Program-made: the position numbers and the translations under genes
Source: Halocafeteria seosinensis
Lineage: Eukaryota
Direction of reading: 5' to 3'
NCBI GenBank assembly: GCA_001687465.1
Contig: LVLI01000066.1
Span: 62,001-122,302 of the forward strand
Length of the DNA: 60,302 nt
The notes under the pieces: generated by a model
The model's input: the letters and a program-made list of their open reading frames with translations, nothing else
Database searches by the model: none
What the model was told of the DNA's origin: nothing
Part shown: positions 46,503 through 58,883 of the stretch, in pieces
Layout of the letters: each line of letters starts with the position of its first letter
Position numbering within the stretch: the stretch's first letter is position 1

Positions 46503-49329
46503 TCTACATACACAACGTTGACCATATGGTCAGTGGCGCTACTCACTATAGTGACGGACTTAATGAGAACAATATAAGGGGGGAGGAACCATAATAACAC
46601 TGCATTTCGTGCATGCGTTGAACTTCACAAACGAGTTACTGGATGAAGTTTAGAATGCTGCATATGCAGATTATGATAGTATTAGTAGGACACTCGACCC
46701 GTCGTAAAATTCTTCTTGGGTGTAATTGCTGCGTACGGTACATCATTACTGTTTACGGTGAACTTCGAATAAATTCCGCGAATCACTCAACTTGCGGGGA
46801 GTGATGTTCCAGATGCTAGTGTCCTTCCTCTTCCTCCGCGATAGAGCACTGTATCATTCGAAGAACTGCATAGCAATCTATAGTTTTTGCTGATAATCTT
46901 TTGGAGTTCGGATGCCACAGGGGTGGCTCGTTCTGGAAGGTTCCGACAGGGCTTGTGACGGAGCGGAGTCCCAGTTTTCGCTTCAACCTCTACGACCCTA
47001 TCATATGTAAGTATTGTTTAGCCACTACAGTTGGCACAGGTGACATATACCCTCCACTACGTCGGGAAATGGTAGTTGTTGTCTCACTCAGAGCCAACCG
47101 AAAAGCCGTTGCACACACGGTAGGTCTTGCAAGTTCTTGTGCAGGGTTCTCACCTTTCTCACAGACTTTCCCGATTCCGAACTGCCTCAGAAGGAGCCCA
47201 CTAGAAGCATAGGATTTCAAACAGATATAATGGCATCGGATGACCCAGCGCTGTATTCGGAAAGGCGGGCAGACCTGGGCAGCGCTGGAGGAACGATGGG
47301 GAACCACCACAGGTGAGCAGGCGGAGCCGAAAGGCGGGAATGAAACCACCGAGCGGTGCACGGAGTCCCAGTTTAAGAAATTCACGATTCGGTACTTAGT
47401 CGGACAATGAGAGCATTAAGGTATGAATTTCTCTCCCACATCTGTAAAGGATACAATTCCTTTGAACATCCTCTTGTTCACGTCTGGTTCCCGATCGAGC
47501 ACATCCAGTGAACGGCTACAGCCACATCAGTCCTCGTTCTGGCAGCCTTCTCTCCCTCTTTTGCGCTTGATTTTGGGTTCTACGAGGTCTTTGTGCCGGT
47601 ACCGTTCTCTTTGCTGCAAATACGCGAGGGGATTGCGATGGTGTAGCTGTCAATGCTAACGGTTGCGTTCTTGCAGACTTCCAAGAAAACCAGACACAGA
47701 AAATTCCTCTGTGGGGCATACTGAGCTTTGATCACTCCTTAGATCCTCTGCTATTTCTCATCAGCCAAATTCACGCATCCGCCGGGAGTTCCTTTCAGTT
47801 AGTCGCGTAGCTATTACTCAGCGAAATACGAAGAGGTGACGTGACGCAAAGACCATCTTCACTCGATGACTTCGACGAAGTCGCTAACTGTACGTCCTAA
47901 AGTTCTTATCCTTGTGGCAAAGGAAATCTGGGTTCCTTTGCTACAATACATGTATATTTCGGTCAAATAAGCTACCTAGGGCTTGGGAAACAACACACGT
48001 GACGTGACCCAGCGCTTCCTTGTGTTTTGTTAAGCGGCAAGATGAAGAGGTATAGTATCTTGCTGCCGAAACTAAAACGAATTGCATGTTCTCCATGCTC
48101 ACCCATGTGCATGTGGTATGTAAATGTAAATCTAGCGGCTCCTGGGGTCGGGCTTTGGTTGGTTGCCAACTGGTGCAGAATCGGTAATTTCAGAATTCCC
48201 ATAGGCAAGGGTTACCTACAGCCATGAGAATATGATAAAATTCGGAACCTTTCGCAATGAAGCTTTTAGCAATCGACGTGAACTCTTAATCTGGGCAGTC
48301 CGGGGGGAGTGTTGTACAGTGATTGTAATGTCTGGGCAAGCTCTGGAACCGAGAGAGTTGAAAGCCCCCCTAAGGGTAAACTATTGGTTTACAGGAAGAA
48401 ATAGGTGCGCTCATCAGTTTCAATTGGGAGCCAGAGCAGTGCCCGACCCGCTAGGTAAGTCAGGATAACAGTCGACCCCTTTCAAAAACGCACTCGAATT
48501 GGAGGAAATCGCATCAGGGAGTGACATGTTTGTCACATAGACAGTATCTCACACGGTTATACTGGTTGTACAACAGTGACCAATGCAGATGATCAATGGG
48601 TCACAACTTGTTATCAGCCCTTGATGGTCTCAGTTTTCCTACAAAGTTCATAGGGGTTGAAGCTCTGAACGCAGATGCATGAATGGTGTTCGTTGGTTCG
48701 TGGACTTTTGTGGCCCCACTGAATTGCATATGGCCCCTACTGAGTCACAGAAAGTGGTGCAACACGCTAGATTGACTTATACGCACACACGGTAACTTAT
48801 ACGCAACGTCTGTATCCGAATTTCTTCAACGATGGGAACAAACGATAAAGACTGACCAGGAATGCGGGTTTGGCATAAACGTTTATGAAACTTTATGGCA
48901 TACGGAGTACAACTTGGAGGTGTAATTTTCCTCACTGTGTTCTTGGTACCCTGTATGCGATATGCTTCTGCTAGAATCCTGAACGTGGCGCTATCTGTTC
49001 TTGTCAGATACCCTGTAAGGCAACAGTTTTTATTTAGCTGCAGGGAAAGCAGTTTGCAACTGGAGGGTTTCTCCTTTCCCCATCTTGTACTGTAACACCG
49101 GATCGCATCGAATCAGTATGTATTAGATCCCGAATACTGTAGAACTCTATCGCCTTAATTAGGCAAGTAACGGCTATGGGTGCCTGCATGTACTATACTG
49201 TATGCACTCAGTGGCAAGTTGCAGCTTGCAACGTCGCCATGTCATTGTCATGCGGTGGATTCAACACTGCGGAGTCAAAATCCGAAAGCTCTTCGCCTAA
49301 ACGTCTGAGCGACGTAGACATTGAGATCA

Positions 49330-49465
49330 GAGATCCGATTGCGGGGATTTTTCCACAACGAGAAGATGCTGGAGCGGTTCGGGCTAGGATGAACTTCACC
49401 CCACGCGTCCTAGCGTAGCATATAGACTAGGTGTCCTCCATGAGAGCAATACTAATACACACGTG
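49330..49465 (+). mobile_element. Degenerate 3' end of an RLE-type non-LTR retrotransposon
   Basis: gaagatgctggagcggtt...gagcaatactaatacacacg matches 57268-57367 and 53889-53990. Confidence 0.65.
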
Positions 49466-49646
49466 TCCACCTAGTAGAAGCGCTACTACTGACTTGACCA
49501 ACGCGTTTGCAATATTGTGATGGTCATTTGCGTCGTTGAGCGATCAGTCCGTTCTTCTGGCTGAATACTACTGGCGAATGACTATAGAAACGAAGGAGCG
49601 TTTACCGTGTAACATATCCGCGCAATGCAATATCGGATTCATGTAT

Positions 49647-50307
49647 TTACTCCTTCTTCTGCCGTTTTAGAGTGTCTTGAGGACCATCGCTACTTGGTGA
49701 TAAGCCATACGAAGCACTGGCTGTATTCTCGGGCCTGCTGGGACTTCCAAGGCTATTTTGGGAACCAATTGCAGAGGAGTCAAGTCTGGACAACGGTGTC
49801 GTCCAGCTGGAGCTGAAAGGAGTTGAGCCGGAACTGGTACTGCTCATCGAAGAGTTCCCAACAGTGGCTGTGGAGCATGTCAGCACGAAGTTACTACCAG
49901 CGCTAAAATGTCGACAAGTAGTCATGTCATGCTCTGTCCCATGGATCTGTGGTTGCTGAGTTGGTTCTGACGACTCATGTATATTAAGAACCCAGTCCAC
50001 CAGAGAGGTTTGGTCATCGATGCGAGGTGGTTCTCCAGGGAAACGGCTCACTGCAAGCCATTTCCTTTCTTTTTCATCCTTCGTTTGCACATTGATGCAA
50101 AGATGTTCAATACCTTTCCCGGTACACCGCTGCACACATGGACAATTGCAGCAGCCATAACGACTTCTACACTCCGCGAAGATCGAGTCCCAGACTTACG
50201 CGGCATGGCCGGTGGCTATCACATTTCACCTTGCTTCTCGCGCAGGGTTGGCAAGCACGTTTTAACCTTGAATTATTCAGTTCCGTTGATGTGTCCCGAG
50301 AAGCCAT
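49647..50307 (-). CDS. Zn(II)2Cys6 (GAL4-type) transcription factor, paralog 1; 3' end uncertain
   Basis: ATG at 50307. Splicing intron 50130-50199 gives RLKRACQPCARSKVKCDSHRPCR|RCTGKGIEHLC, i.e. C-x2-C-x6-C-x5-C-x2-C-x8-C. Confidence 0.85.
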
Positions 50308-51576
50308 GTTTTCTTGCGCTTCAAGCCTGAAGTTATGACGTCACACACGACCACGTACACACGACCACGTACTAGTAGCACCTGTCAACCACCTTCCCAG
50401 GATAACAATAACAGAGAGCACTTACTCTGAGGCAGTGTAAGTAGTTTCAACACGGACTTAAACGAAGGTTTGTGTGGCGCGCAGGTGGGCATACTTCGCC
50501 CAGGTATATGAACAATCCTTAGTTTTACCACCACACTGTTACCAAATCTCCGTGAACTTGCGCCGCAGGAGCCAGTGTGCCATCACTTACCATGATGCAG
50601 GGGTGCCAGCGCCACCTGCACCCTTCTGAGAGAAGCTCTCCAGTGTTGCGTATAAATACTGACGAAACTCCTACTTTGTATGTCTTTCTATCATTCTACG
50701 TGATAGAGTGGAGCCGCGAGGACTCACTGCGGTAACGCGGTTACAAAAAGTCCGGTGAACTGCTGAGCGTACATCTGCATCAGTAGTGTTAACAGCTAAC
50801 ACAGAACAGTCACAATGGTGCAAATGGAGACTATATTTCACTTGTATGAGCACTGAAATCTTCAGAGACGTGGCAGCCCTCAGTATGTCTAGTGTGACGT
50901 GGAATTTGTGACTCACCGGTTGACCTACTGACGTTCCCCTACTGGCCCACATTACCAGAAAATGACTCCATCAATACTTGAACTGGTAGGGGGCCTCATT
51001 AATATGTTCTTTGAAGTTTGGTGAGGGATAGTAAGGCCCACGCATGGCTGCCGGTAATTGTTGAACAAGAATGACTCCTTAGCTGGTCAGTGGTTACACT
51101 TGAACACACTCCCTGGCGACTAAGAAACCGCTAAGCTTAGGGTTAGTTCAGTCAAAGTCAGTGATGGGAAGTGTATGGTTTAAGCTTTATGGCAACTTCT
51201 AATACCGAAAGTGAGAGGTTCTACCACGGGGGATTTTCTTGCAGTATCGGAATACCGGTACAATGAAAATTGAACCTGTAAGAAATATGTTGGGAATAGC
51301 TAAGCCCATTTTAAAACAGCAAAATGGACAGATCTGACGCGGTCCAAGCTTGACTTGGACATAATAGCTTCATCAGGATTGATCCATTGAGTTTCTGAAA
51401 GCATCACGATCAAAAATCGCTGACATGGTGTAGTGCTTATCCCTGTTGGAAGACCCCTCACAGCCAGTTAAGGGTTTATAATCCATTATTTACGAAGCGG
51501 ACGGTTCCCCGATGACCCGGTGATTGTATGTGCAAAGATTGATCATCATCGGGAGCCATTCAAGTTGAGCTTTGTA

Positions 51577-52126
51577 TCACTGCTTCCTCTGACATTTCGG
51601 GGATGAAATAAAGACGTCATCGCGATACGTGCAGTGCTGAGTATTCGCTTGGGGATTCGGATATGCGTAGCCCCCCATGGCAGCCGACTCTTGGTGTGAA
51701 ACTCGACGTGTTAAACTGAAGCATGTGCTTTCGCCATCTTCCTCCAAGTGAGTCAATCCGCTATCTTTTGTTTCTTGTCTTGTTAGGTCGCTTGACTCTG
51801 ACCACTCGCGTATGTTGAGAACCCAATCGACCAAGGACGGTTGATCCTCTATTCGAGGCGGCTCTTCACGGCTCTTTAACCTTTCTCGTCCTTCCTTCTC
51901 CTGCTTCGTTTCGACATTGACGCAAAGATGTTCGATGCCTTTCCGAGCACACCGCTGCATTTGCACTGGCAATTACGGTCAACTGCGTAACTCCGCACCG
52001 GTCAGTCTAACTTACCTGGCACGGTCGACTGCTATCACATCTACTCTTGCTATCAGCGCACGGCTTGCAGGCGCGCTTTAACTTAGGCGCACGGGAAGAG
52101 GCATCTTCATTTTGCTGAGAAGCCAT
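51577..52126 (-). CDS. Zn(II)2Cys6 transcription factor, paralog 2; 3' part possibly degenerate
   Basis: ATG at 52126. Intron 51955-52015 lies at the same position as in paralog 1 and gives KLKRACKPCADSKSRCDSSRPCQ|RCARKGIEHLC. Both paralogs share EPPRIxDQxSLVDWVLNI. Confidence 0.8.
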
Positions 52127-53223
52127 AGCAAATATTAAGTAGAATTCGTAAATAGGGTACAATTCTACTATACCCAGAGACTGTGTGCAGCGAGACTCAG
52201 GAGACTGACTTCCGTCACTCAGATCGTGGTCTTATGGGAGGGCAGACGGCTGGTCAGCAACGTCTGCCGCCTAGCCAAATCCTGCAACCATGCATATCAA
52301 TAACTTTACAAACCACGATTTCGCTACCACACAGTGCGTTCATGCAGTTACTGTCTGACGACAAAATCCCGAGCAGGTGAACACGTCAAGCGTGTATTTT
52401 CCGTGTGGAGTTGCGGTTGAACACCCAAGAGCCAGCGCGGTGTATCCCTGGCTATGGACTCTAACAGGCCACAGCAACGCACAACAAGGACACTATACCA
52501 CAACTTTGCTCTTGCAAGCACCAGGTACCAAGCCTTGTTATAAATATTCCTTATTGCACAGCTACCGGTTGCAGGTACAGCGTACAGCCGCTATAGTAGG
52601 TAACGGCGCTCAGGCTGAGTCTTGCGGTGAAACATTGAAGGCCGGCACCATTCATAAAATACGCAAAATTGGTGTTATCAGTGTTGTTAAAAAAAAGTTG
52701 TAAGTGTCTACGCAAGTAGGTGAACTGTTGAACAGGCTGCGCACAGTGTCTGCTCGAACCCAACCTCTGCAAGCTGTCCACGTCACACCTGACGATTGTC
52801 TCATTGGGTATGTGACTATCCGGGGTTACTGGCCATTTCCACCTAGATCTAACTTATGAGCTGCTATACTTTGACGCTCATTGGCACACCACTTTAAGAC
52901 TTAACACGCTTCGGTAATACAGTAGACCAAGTAAGCGAGACTCTGGAGACTCGGAGACTGACTGCGGAATTCTTCAACCAAACGACTGTACATTCACGTG
53001 ATAGTGCAGAACCACTGGCCGTTCGTTCCTTCTGAATAAGCACAGTTGCAATTAGAGCTCCTCACAGCCAAGATGACCCCACTTCAATTGTTAGGGGATG
53101 CTGTTGCTTCGTGCTTCTGCGGTGTGACCGGTTTGGTTGGAAGCAGCTGTTGATCACCCGCCAGAATAAAACACGTGAAGTACGGTATATTTTATTATAT
53201 TTTTCTGTTTTAATTGTTGATTT

Positions 53224-53244
53224 TATATATATATATATATATAT
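53224..53244. repeat. (TA)n microsatellite
   Basis: About 10 TA units. Confidence 0.9.
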
Positions 53245-53649
53245 TTCAGCCATTTTTATTCTGGCGGGTATCGCTGTTTGAAGCAATACCAGCAGTAGCG
53301 TCGATAAGCTTCAAGCATATAGTCGACTTCTAGCTGCTGCAAGTGCGCCCAGTGCGCGGGTTTTCACGAAAACCTTGGTGGGGCGACTTCGTGACAAACG
53401 TAAGGGGTCACTGAGGGCTACCCCGGGGAAACGATCGGATTCCCGGATGCGAACTACGAAGGCCACTGGAACAAACCGAAGCTACAAAACACCTGGGCAA
53501 GACGTTGCAGAGAGTAGCTACACGGACTCTGAAAGGGACGCTGAATCCACAGCAGAAAGCGATACTGACAGCATACCAAGTGGACGGAGCAACAGCATGG
53601 CTAGTATACCATGTAGACGCAGCACCGAGGACAGGATTTACATAAACCG

Positions 53650-53990
53650 ACGCCAGCGGCAGAAGCGGAGAAGATGAAGCGGACAAAATACGGGCACCTG
53701 AGAGAGCACCACACGGAAATTATCACGTTCGCGATAGAGGCGACGGGCGGCTTCGGGGAAGACGCAATCAAGTTCCTCAAGTGAATTGCCAGGAAAGCAC
53801 TGGGCTCCCGCTGGGGAACAAGGGAGATGCGGAACTACCGCAAGCTGATGACGGCCAAACTGTCAGTCACGTTGATGCGCCACAACGTGAAGATGTTGGA
53901 CCTGTTCCGGGTAGGGTTCACCCTTCACACGGCTTAGCGTAGCCTGTAGCAGACACGTCTTCCGATAGGAGCAAAACCAATACACACACG
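53650..53990 (+). mobile_element. 5'-truncated RLE-type non-LTR retrotransposon fragment
   Basis: Reads AAEAEKMKRTKYGH...TFAIEATGGFGEDAIKFLK*IARKA...LSVTLMRHNVKML, ends aatacacacacg, and is paralogous to 57040-57367. Confidence 0.8.
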
Positions 53991-54150
53991 GGGATAGGCT
54001 GCAGCTCCCGGGGCCAGGATCATAAACATTATTACCATATATATATGGTATGTATTCCAAATGCATTGTATACACATGCAAGTGATGATGCACGGTAGGC
54101 TTACAACAATTATCGTATTTCCTATGAAATAAGTACCAGTAGTGTGTAGT

Positions 54151-54300
54151 CCACCTTCCGGCGTATACCTGCAATCTGGCGTCAAGCACTGTAGACGTTC
54201 AAACGACCCTGTTTGAACCAACCACCTTCCGGGATAGGGATATACCTGCAACCTGGCGTCAAGCATTGTAGACTTTCAAACGACCCTGTTTGAATCAACC
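54151..54300 (+). repeat. Two-copy tandem repeat of about 71-78 bp
   Basis: ccaccttccgg...tatacctgcaa.ctggcgtcaagca.tgtagac.ttcaaacgaccctgtttgaa occurs twice. Confidence 0.9.
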
Positions 54301-54320
54301 AACAGTGTCTATTACCGTGA

Positions 54321-56011
54321 ATGAATACACATAGGAGTGTCAATCAGCTACCCCTGGATCAACAATGTCACCTGGTTGTACGAGTAACCAAGAAAATGCC
54401 AGAGAAGAGAATTCGAAGGTCGTACAGGGTAGTCATTGAGGAGGCAGAGGAATTTGACGATTGTGTCGACGACGACGACGAAGACAAAGTTGCACATGAT
54501 GGACATATCACGGAAGTCACTAATGGGGAAGAACTGCGCAACTGCGCCACGGGGTTTGGAGATGTTTCCTTTCACTCAGGAAAAAAGAAGAAGCGCTACG
54601 AACAGCCCGCCGCAATGGAAAACGGAAACCAATTCCATTTATGTTGCTCCGGCATTTCGGGGATTGGTAAATCGTTGTTTCAATTGTATGTTATCTATCG
54701 AGTGCTCAAAGAGATACACAACAATCCTGGGGAATGTCAGCTGAAAGAGATTTACTTGCGTGGGGAACACGACGCTGATACATTTCTTCAAATTTGGCCT
54801 GTTCAGCAATACGTGTTTGAGATGGCCCTCGTTTTCGCAAACTGTACCTCCCGTCTGCTCTTGATTGATGGAAGAATGGACATCAAGGCTCGGACAGCAC
54901 AAGCTCACAAGTTCCTGTTTTGTTCCGAAAGGACAGATAACTACGGTGAGTACAAGAAGACGATGCTGAGGGCTTACCTACGACCTTGGACGTTTGAGGA
55001 GATCGAAATTTTGTGCTTGGTTAAAGGTCTGACTCGTGAGACGACTGAACGTGTTGGTGAATTGTTTAAAACCTGGGGCGGTGTACCTCGCACGCTTCTG
55101 GGTGATACGCCGGACCTTGATGCAGTTGTAGACAGTTTTGAGCTCGACAAAGTAAGAATATTTAGTGGAATAGGTCCAGCTATATCAGGGCAACTGAAGG
55201 ATACTACGACGTATAAAATATTGCACATGTTCCCGGATGGACTACTGGAAGATGGGTTTAGTGACGCTCGTACCTGCCATTATGCGTCAACTGTAGTCGC
55301 AGAGGCCGTAATGGCACGAGCTATTGCACACCAAAATGAATACATTTGGAACTGCCTCCTTGAGGGTGGAGATACTCGGAACCGTTTAGTCCATCAGGGA
55401 TGGGAAATGGCCGCAATCGATTTTTTCAAGAAAAATCTTCAGGCGAACAAGAAACTTTGCAATTGGAAAGGAAAGCGAAAGTGGAAGTGTGATATATCTC
55501 CCCGTCAATGGACTTCCTCGGAAGTGAGGACGACTGACATCCCTCAGTGGGGCCCTGAGGCGGTAAAGACACTTGTGTATAATACGGTGAACCGGTTGTA
55601 TACGGAGTTGATAAAATACGATAAACAAAGGTGCTGTTTGGTTCCGTCTGCATCCAACGCGGAAACTGTTGATGCTACGCTTTATATTCCGAAAGGGAGG
55701 GGCAACACTCGACAGAGGACTATCATTTTCTTCAACCGACAACAGTGGGGAACCAGAGTTTAAAGCTACGTGGCTTGCGTCTGATTCTGGAAACCTTAAA
55801 GCCTATCGTTGAGCCCGTACAGATAATATTGGTTTTTGTGTTCCCACCATTTCAACCAAGATGTACTCCGAAAACTCCTCAATTTTCTACGGACTTTAAC
55901 GAATGGAGAGACGAAGAGGAGATTTTGAGGAAGTTGACTGTGTTCGATGCTCAGGTAGCAGAAGATGGTCTCAAAGCATTGAAATCGTTGTTTAGCGGAT
56001 CAGGTCGTTAG
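54321..56011 (+). pseudogene. Crinkler-type (CR) NTPase + restriction-endonuclease-fold protein, copy A, with a single frameshift near 55733
   Basis: Walker A SGISGIGKSLFQLY, LLLIDG, PWTFEEI and WGGVPR. The REase part PSASNAETVDA...IIFF(Q)PT...LKLRGL...LVFVFP continues in ORF 55745-56011. Confidence 0.8.
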
Positions 56012-56819
56012 GCTCCCCGATATTGTTGACGTGCTCGGCAGCCAGTGAGAGCACCAACTTAAGATATTGCTCCCTTAATTGCACGCTCGACGAACTGTCG
56101 GTGCTCGTATCATAGAGATAACAGAGATGAATTGAAACACACTGGAAAAAGAGTATCTATCCACATCTGTAACGTACCGTTTGAAACTTAGCTTCAGTTG
56201 CCGAAATGTGTATACATGGCATCAAGACAAACTTTGCCCGAGCGTGTCACTGTGCAATAAGAGTTCGCGGACCAGCGGTAAATGAATGACCCTCTTCCAA
56301 CTATATTGTGGCAAGAAGAATTCTACGTAGGCAACGCAGACCCCGATTTGGCAGTAGAGCGTTAGTTTTTGGTAGAGTGTTGAAATGGGTCTTGAAAATT
56401 CTTTCCTTGTGAACAGCGTACCGAACGGAGGATGTGACACGACGCACCAACTGCGTAAACAGTTCAGAGTTTCGTGGGACATGCTGAGTAAATGCTCTAC
56501 CAGCATGGATTTTGGACGGGTAGATTGCACATTGCCCATATTAGAGTGCTGCGGGATGCGTTGCGCTTATCCCGGCCCGTCACTGCTAAACACGGGCGCA
56601 TACCGCTCCTCTTACGCATAAATAATACACGCTACTACTAGAGGATGCTGTCAACCTCCCCGGAGGCTGCCTGTCACATTGTATGTGTTCCATTGATATC
56701 TTGAAACTTGCTACTGCTTCTCCCTTTGCTAGATACCACTGAACGCACCTCTGCGACTACAGTTGATGCGTACAATGGCAGGTACGAGCATCACTAAACC
56801 CATCCTCTAGTAGTTGTAG

Positions 56820-57367
56820 TGCTGAAGCCCAGTGCCGCAAGGACAAGTTGCCGCTGTTCGAGAGGGCACGGACTACATGGTTCCACCCTAGGAACCTCCC
56901 AATAGTGAAGAGCGATGAGGGAAGGAGAAGCGAGGCCAGTAATGGACCTGGTAGCGAAGGGCCCGACGAACACAGTTTATGTCGATGTGACGGTGCCAAA
57001 CCCGCTTACGGGAGACAGACTAGCCACGGCAGCAGGAAGAGCCGTCACCATCGCAGCAGAAGGGGGGAAGTTGAAGCGGACAAAATACAGACATCCGCGG
57101 AAATTATCACTTTCGCGATAGAGGCGAAGGGCGGCTTCGGGGAGGAAGCGATCAAGTTCCTCAAGAGGATTGCCAGGAAAGCACTGGGCCCCCGCTGGGG
57201 AACAAGGGAGATGCTACCGCAAACTGATGACGGCCAAACTGTCAGTTACGTCGATGCGCCACAACGTGAAGATGTTGGAGCGGTTTCGGGTAGGGTTCAC
57301 CCCTCACACTGCGTGGGGTAGCCTGTAGCATACATGGCTTCCGGGAGGAGCAATACTAATACACACG
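56820..57367 (+). mobile_element. RLE-type (CRE/R2-like) non-LTR retrotransposon 3' fragment
   Basis: RPVMDLV...VYVDVTVPNP...AAEGGKLKRTKY...FAIEAKGGFGEEAIKFLKRIA is a restriction-like endonuclease signature; frameshifted. Confidence 0.8.
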
Positions 57368-57379
57368 ATTAGGTTCCAG

Positions 57380-57927
57380 GGCTTCAAACTCGACTGCCGA
57401 CCTCTTGGCTGAGACCGCGTCAAACAACCCAATGGGAAATTGTTTCTCTTGCTTAGACTGGGCGCCTACAGTTACACAGACGGTAGAAGATGTCGAGAGG
57501 TTTATCGACTTCAGGTTCCACGACACGACAGGCGGATCCTCGTCCACTGGAAGGCCTACCCAGAGGCAGCATGGACGTGGGAACCGAGTTCGTGGCTTCA
57601 AAAGGACCTGGGTAGCCGCATCTTCTTTGACCTTGAGCAGGAGACGTACCACAATCTGGGCTATGTTGACGAAACTGAGGTGGACAAAACTCCTGGGGCT
57701 CCACTTCCCATGTAGGGTGGCTGCATGTCAACGGCCACAACTGCTCGTTAGGACCAACACTTGTAATCCTAACTGTGCGGCTTAAACCGGTCATGGCGTC
57801 GCTGTGGCTGGCACAAGGCCTTCTCCTCCCAGGTTGAGCCTTGTCGGTAATTCTGTAATCGTTGGCGCAGTCATGGCTGCCTCTTGAGCAAAACCAGTGT
57901 TGCACTCCCTCACGGCGCATGTCAACA
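57380..57927 (+). mobile_element. Ty3/Gypsy chromovirus relic: chromodomain, PPT-like tract and 3' LTR (57726-57927)
   Basis: Frameshifted chromodomain EDVERFIDFR.../RILVHWKAYPEAAWTWEPSSWLQKDL, a stop, agggtgg, then TGTCAAC...TCAACA. A second copy of this LTR lies at 29625-29853. Confidence 0.75.
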
Positions 57928-58883
57928 AGACTGCAGAAACAGCAGGGACCAGACACCGCAAGGCCTATTTCGGTACACACTCTCACTTTGTCGAGGTCGA
58001 AGCTGTCAATAACGTCACTCAAAACTCAAAACCTGGGTAGTTGCATTAAAATCGCGCGAGGCACACCGCCCCAGGTCTTAAACAATTCACCAACACGTTC
58101 AGTCGTCTCACGAGTCAGACCTCTAACCAAGCACAAAGTTTCGATCTCCTCAAACGTCCAAGGTCTTAGGTTAGCCCTCAGCCTCGTCTCCTTGTACTCA
58201 ACGTATTTATCTATCCTTTCGGAACAGAACAGGAGCTTGTGAGCTTGTGCTGTACGAGCCTTGATGTCCATTCTTCCATCAATCAAGAGCAGACGGGAGG
58301 TACAGTTTGCAAAGTCGAGACTGTATCGGAAGACGTACTGTTGGACAGGCCAAATTTGAAGAAATGTATCAGCATCGCTTTCCCCGCGCAAGTAAATCTC
58401 TTTCACCTGACATTCCCCAGGATCGTTGTGTATCTCTTTGAGCACTCGATAGATAACATACAGTTGAAACAACGATTTACCAATCCCCGAAATGCCGGAG
58501 CAACATAGATGGAATTTGCCTCCGTTTTGCATTGCGGCAGGCTCTTCATCTCCTCGCAACATGGGTACTACTAATTGATCGAAAATCCGGTCGTATTCCT
58601 TCAACACCAAGATTCTTGTAATCGTTTCGTTTCTTTCTAGAAACTCTAATCCCATGGGAACTTCCAATACGTTGTATGTACCAGCATCCGTTTCAACTGT
58701 CGTCAGTTCAGTAGTTTTCATATGTCGAACAAATTGTTTCACCCAACGAATGGGAACCGGACCAGTTGCAGCCAGTACTGCAAATGACAAGCACAATGCA
58801 GAAAGAAGGTTCTCTCTCTCAAACAGGGGTTAGGAACTTGGATTCAACAATTACTTACCCAGCAAACGATATGCATTGAGAAT

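Noticed and set aside
52183..53290. Short ORFs upstream of Zn-cluster paralog 2
   Set aside because: No motifs or coding-like composition; treated as intergenic or decayed sequence.
56222..56621. ORFs between Crinkler copies A and B
   Set aside because: No similarity seen to the Crinkler C-terminus or any known motif.
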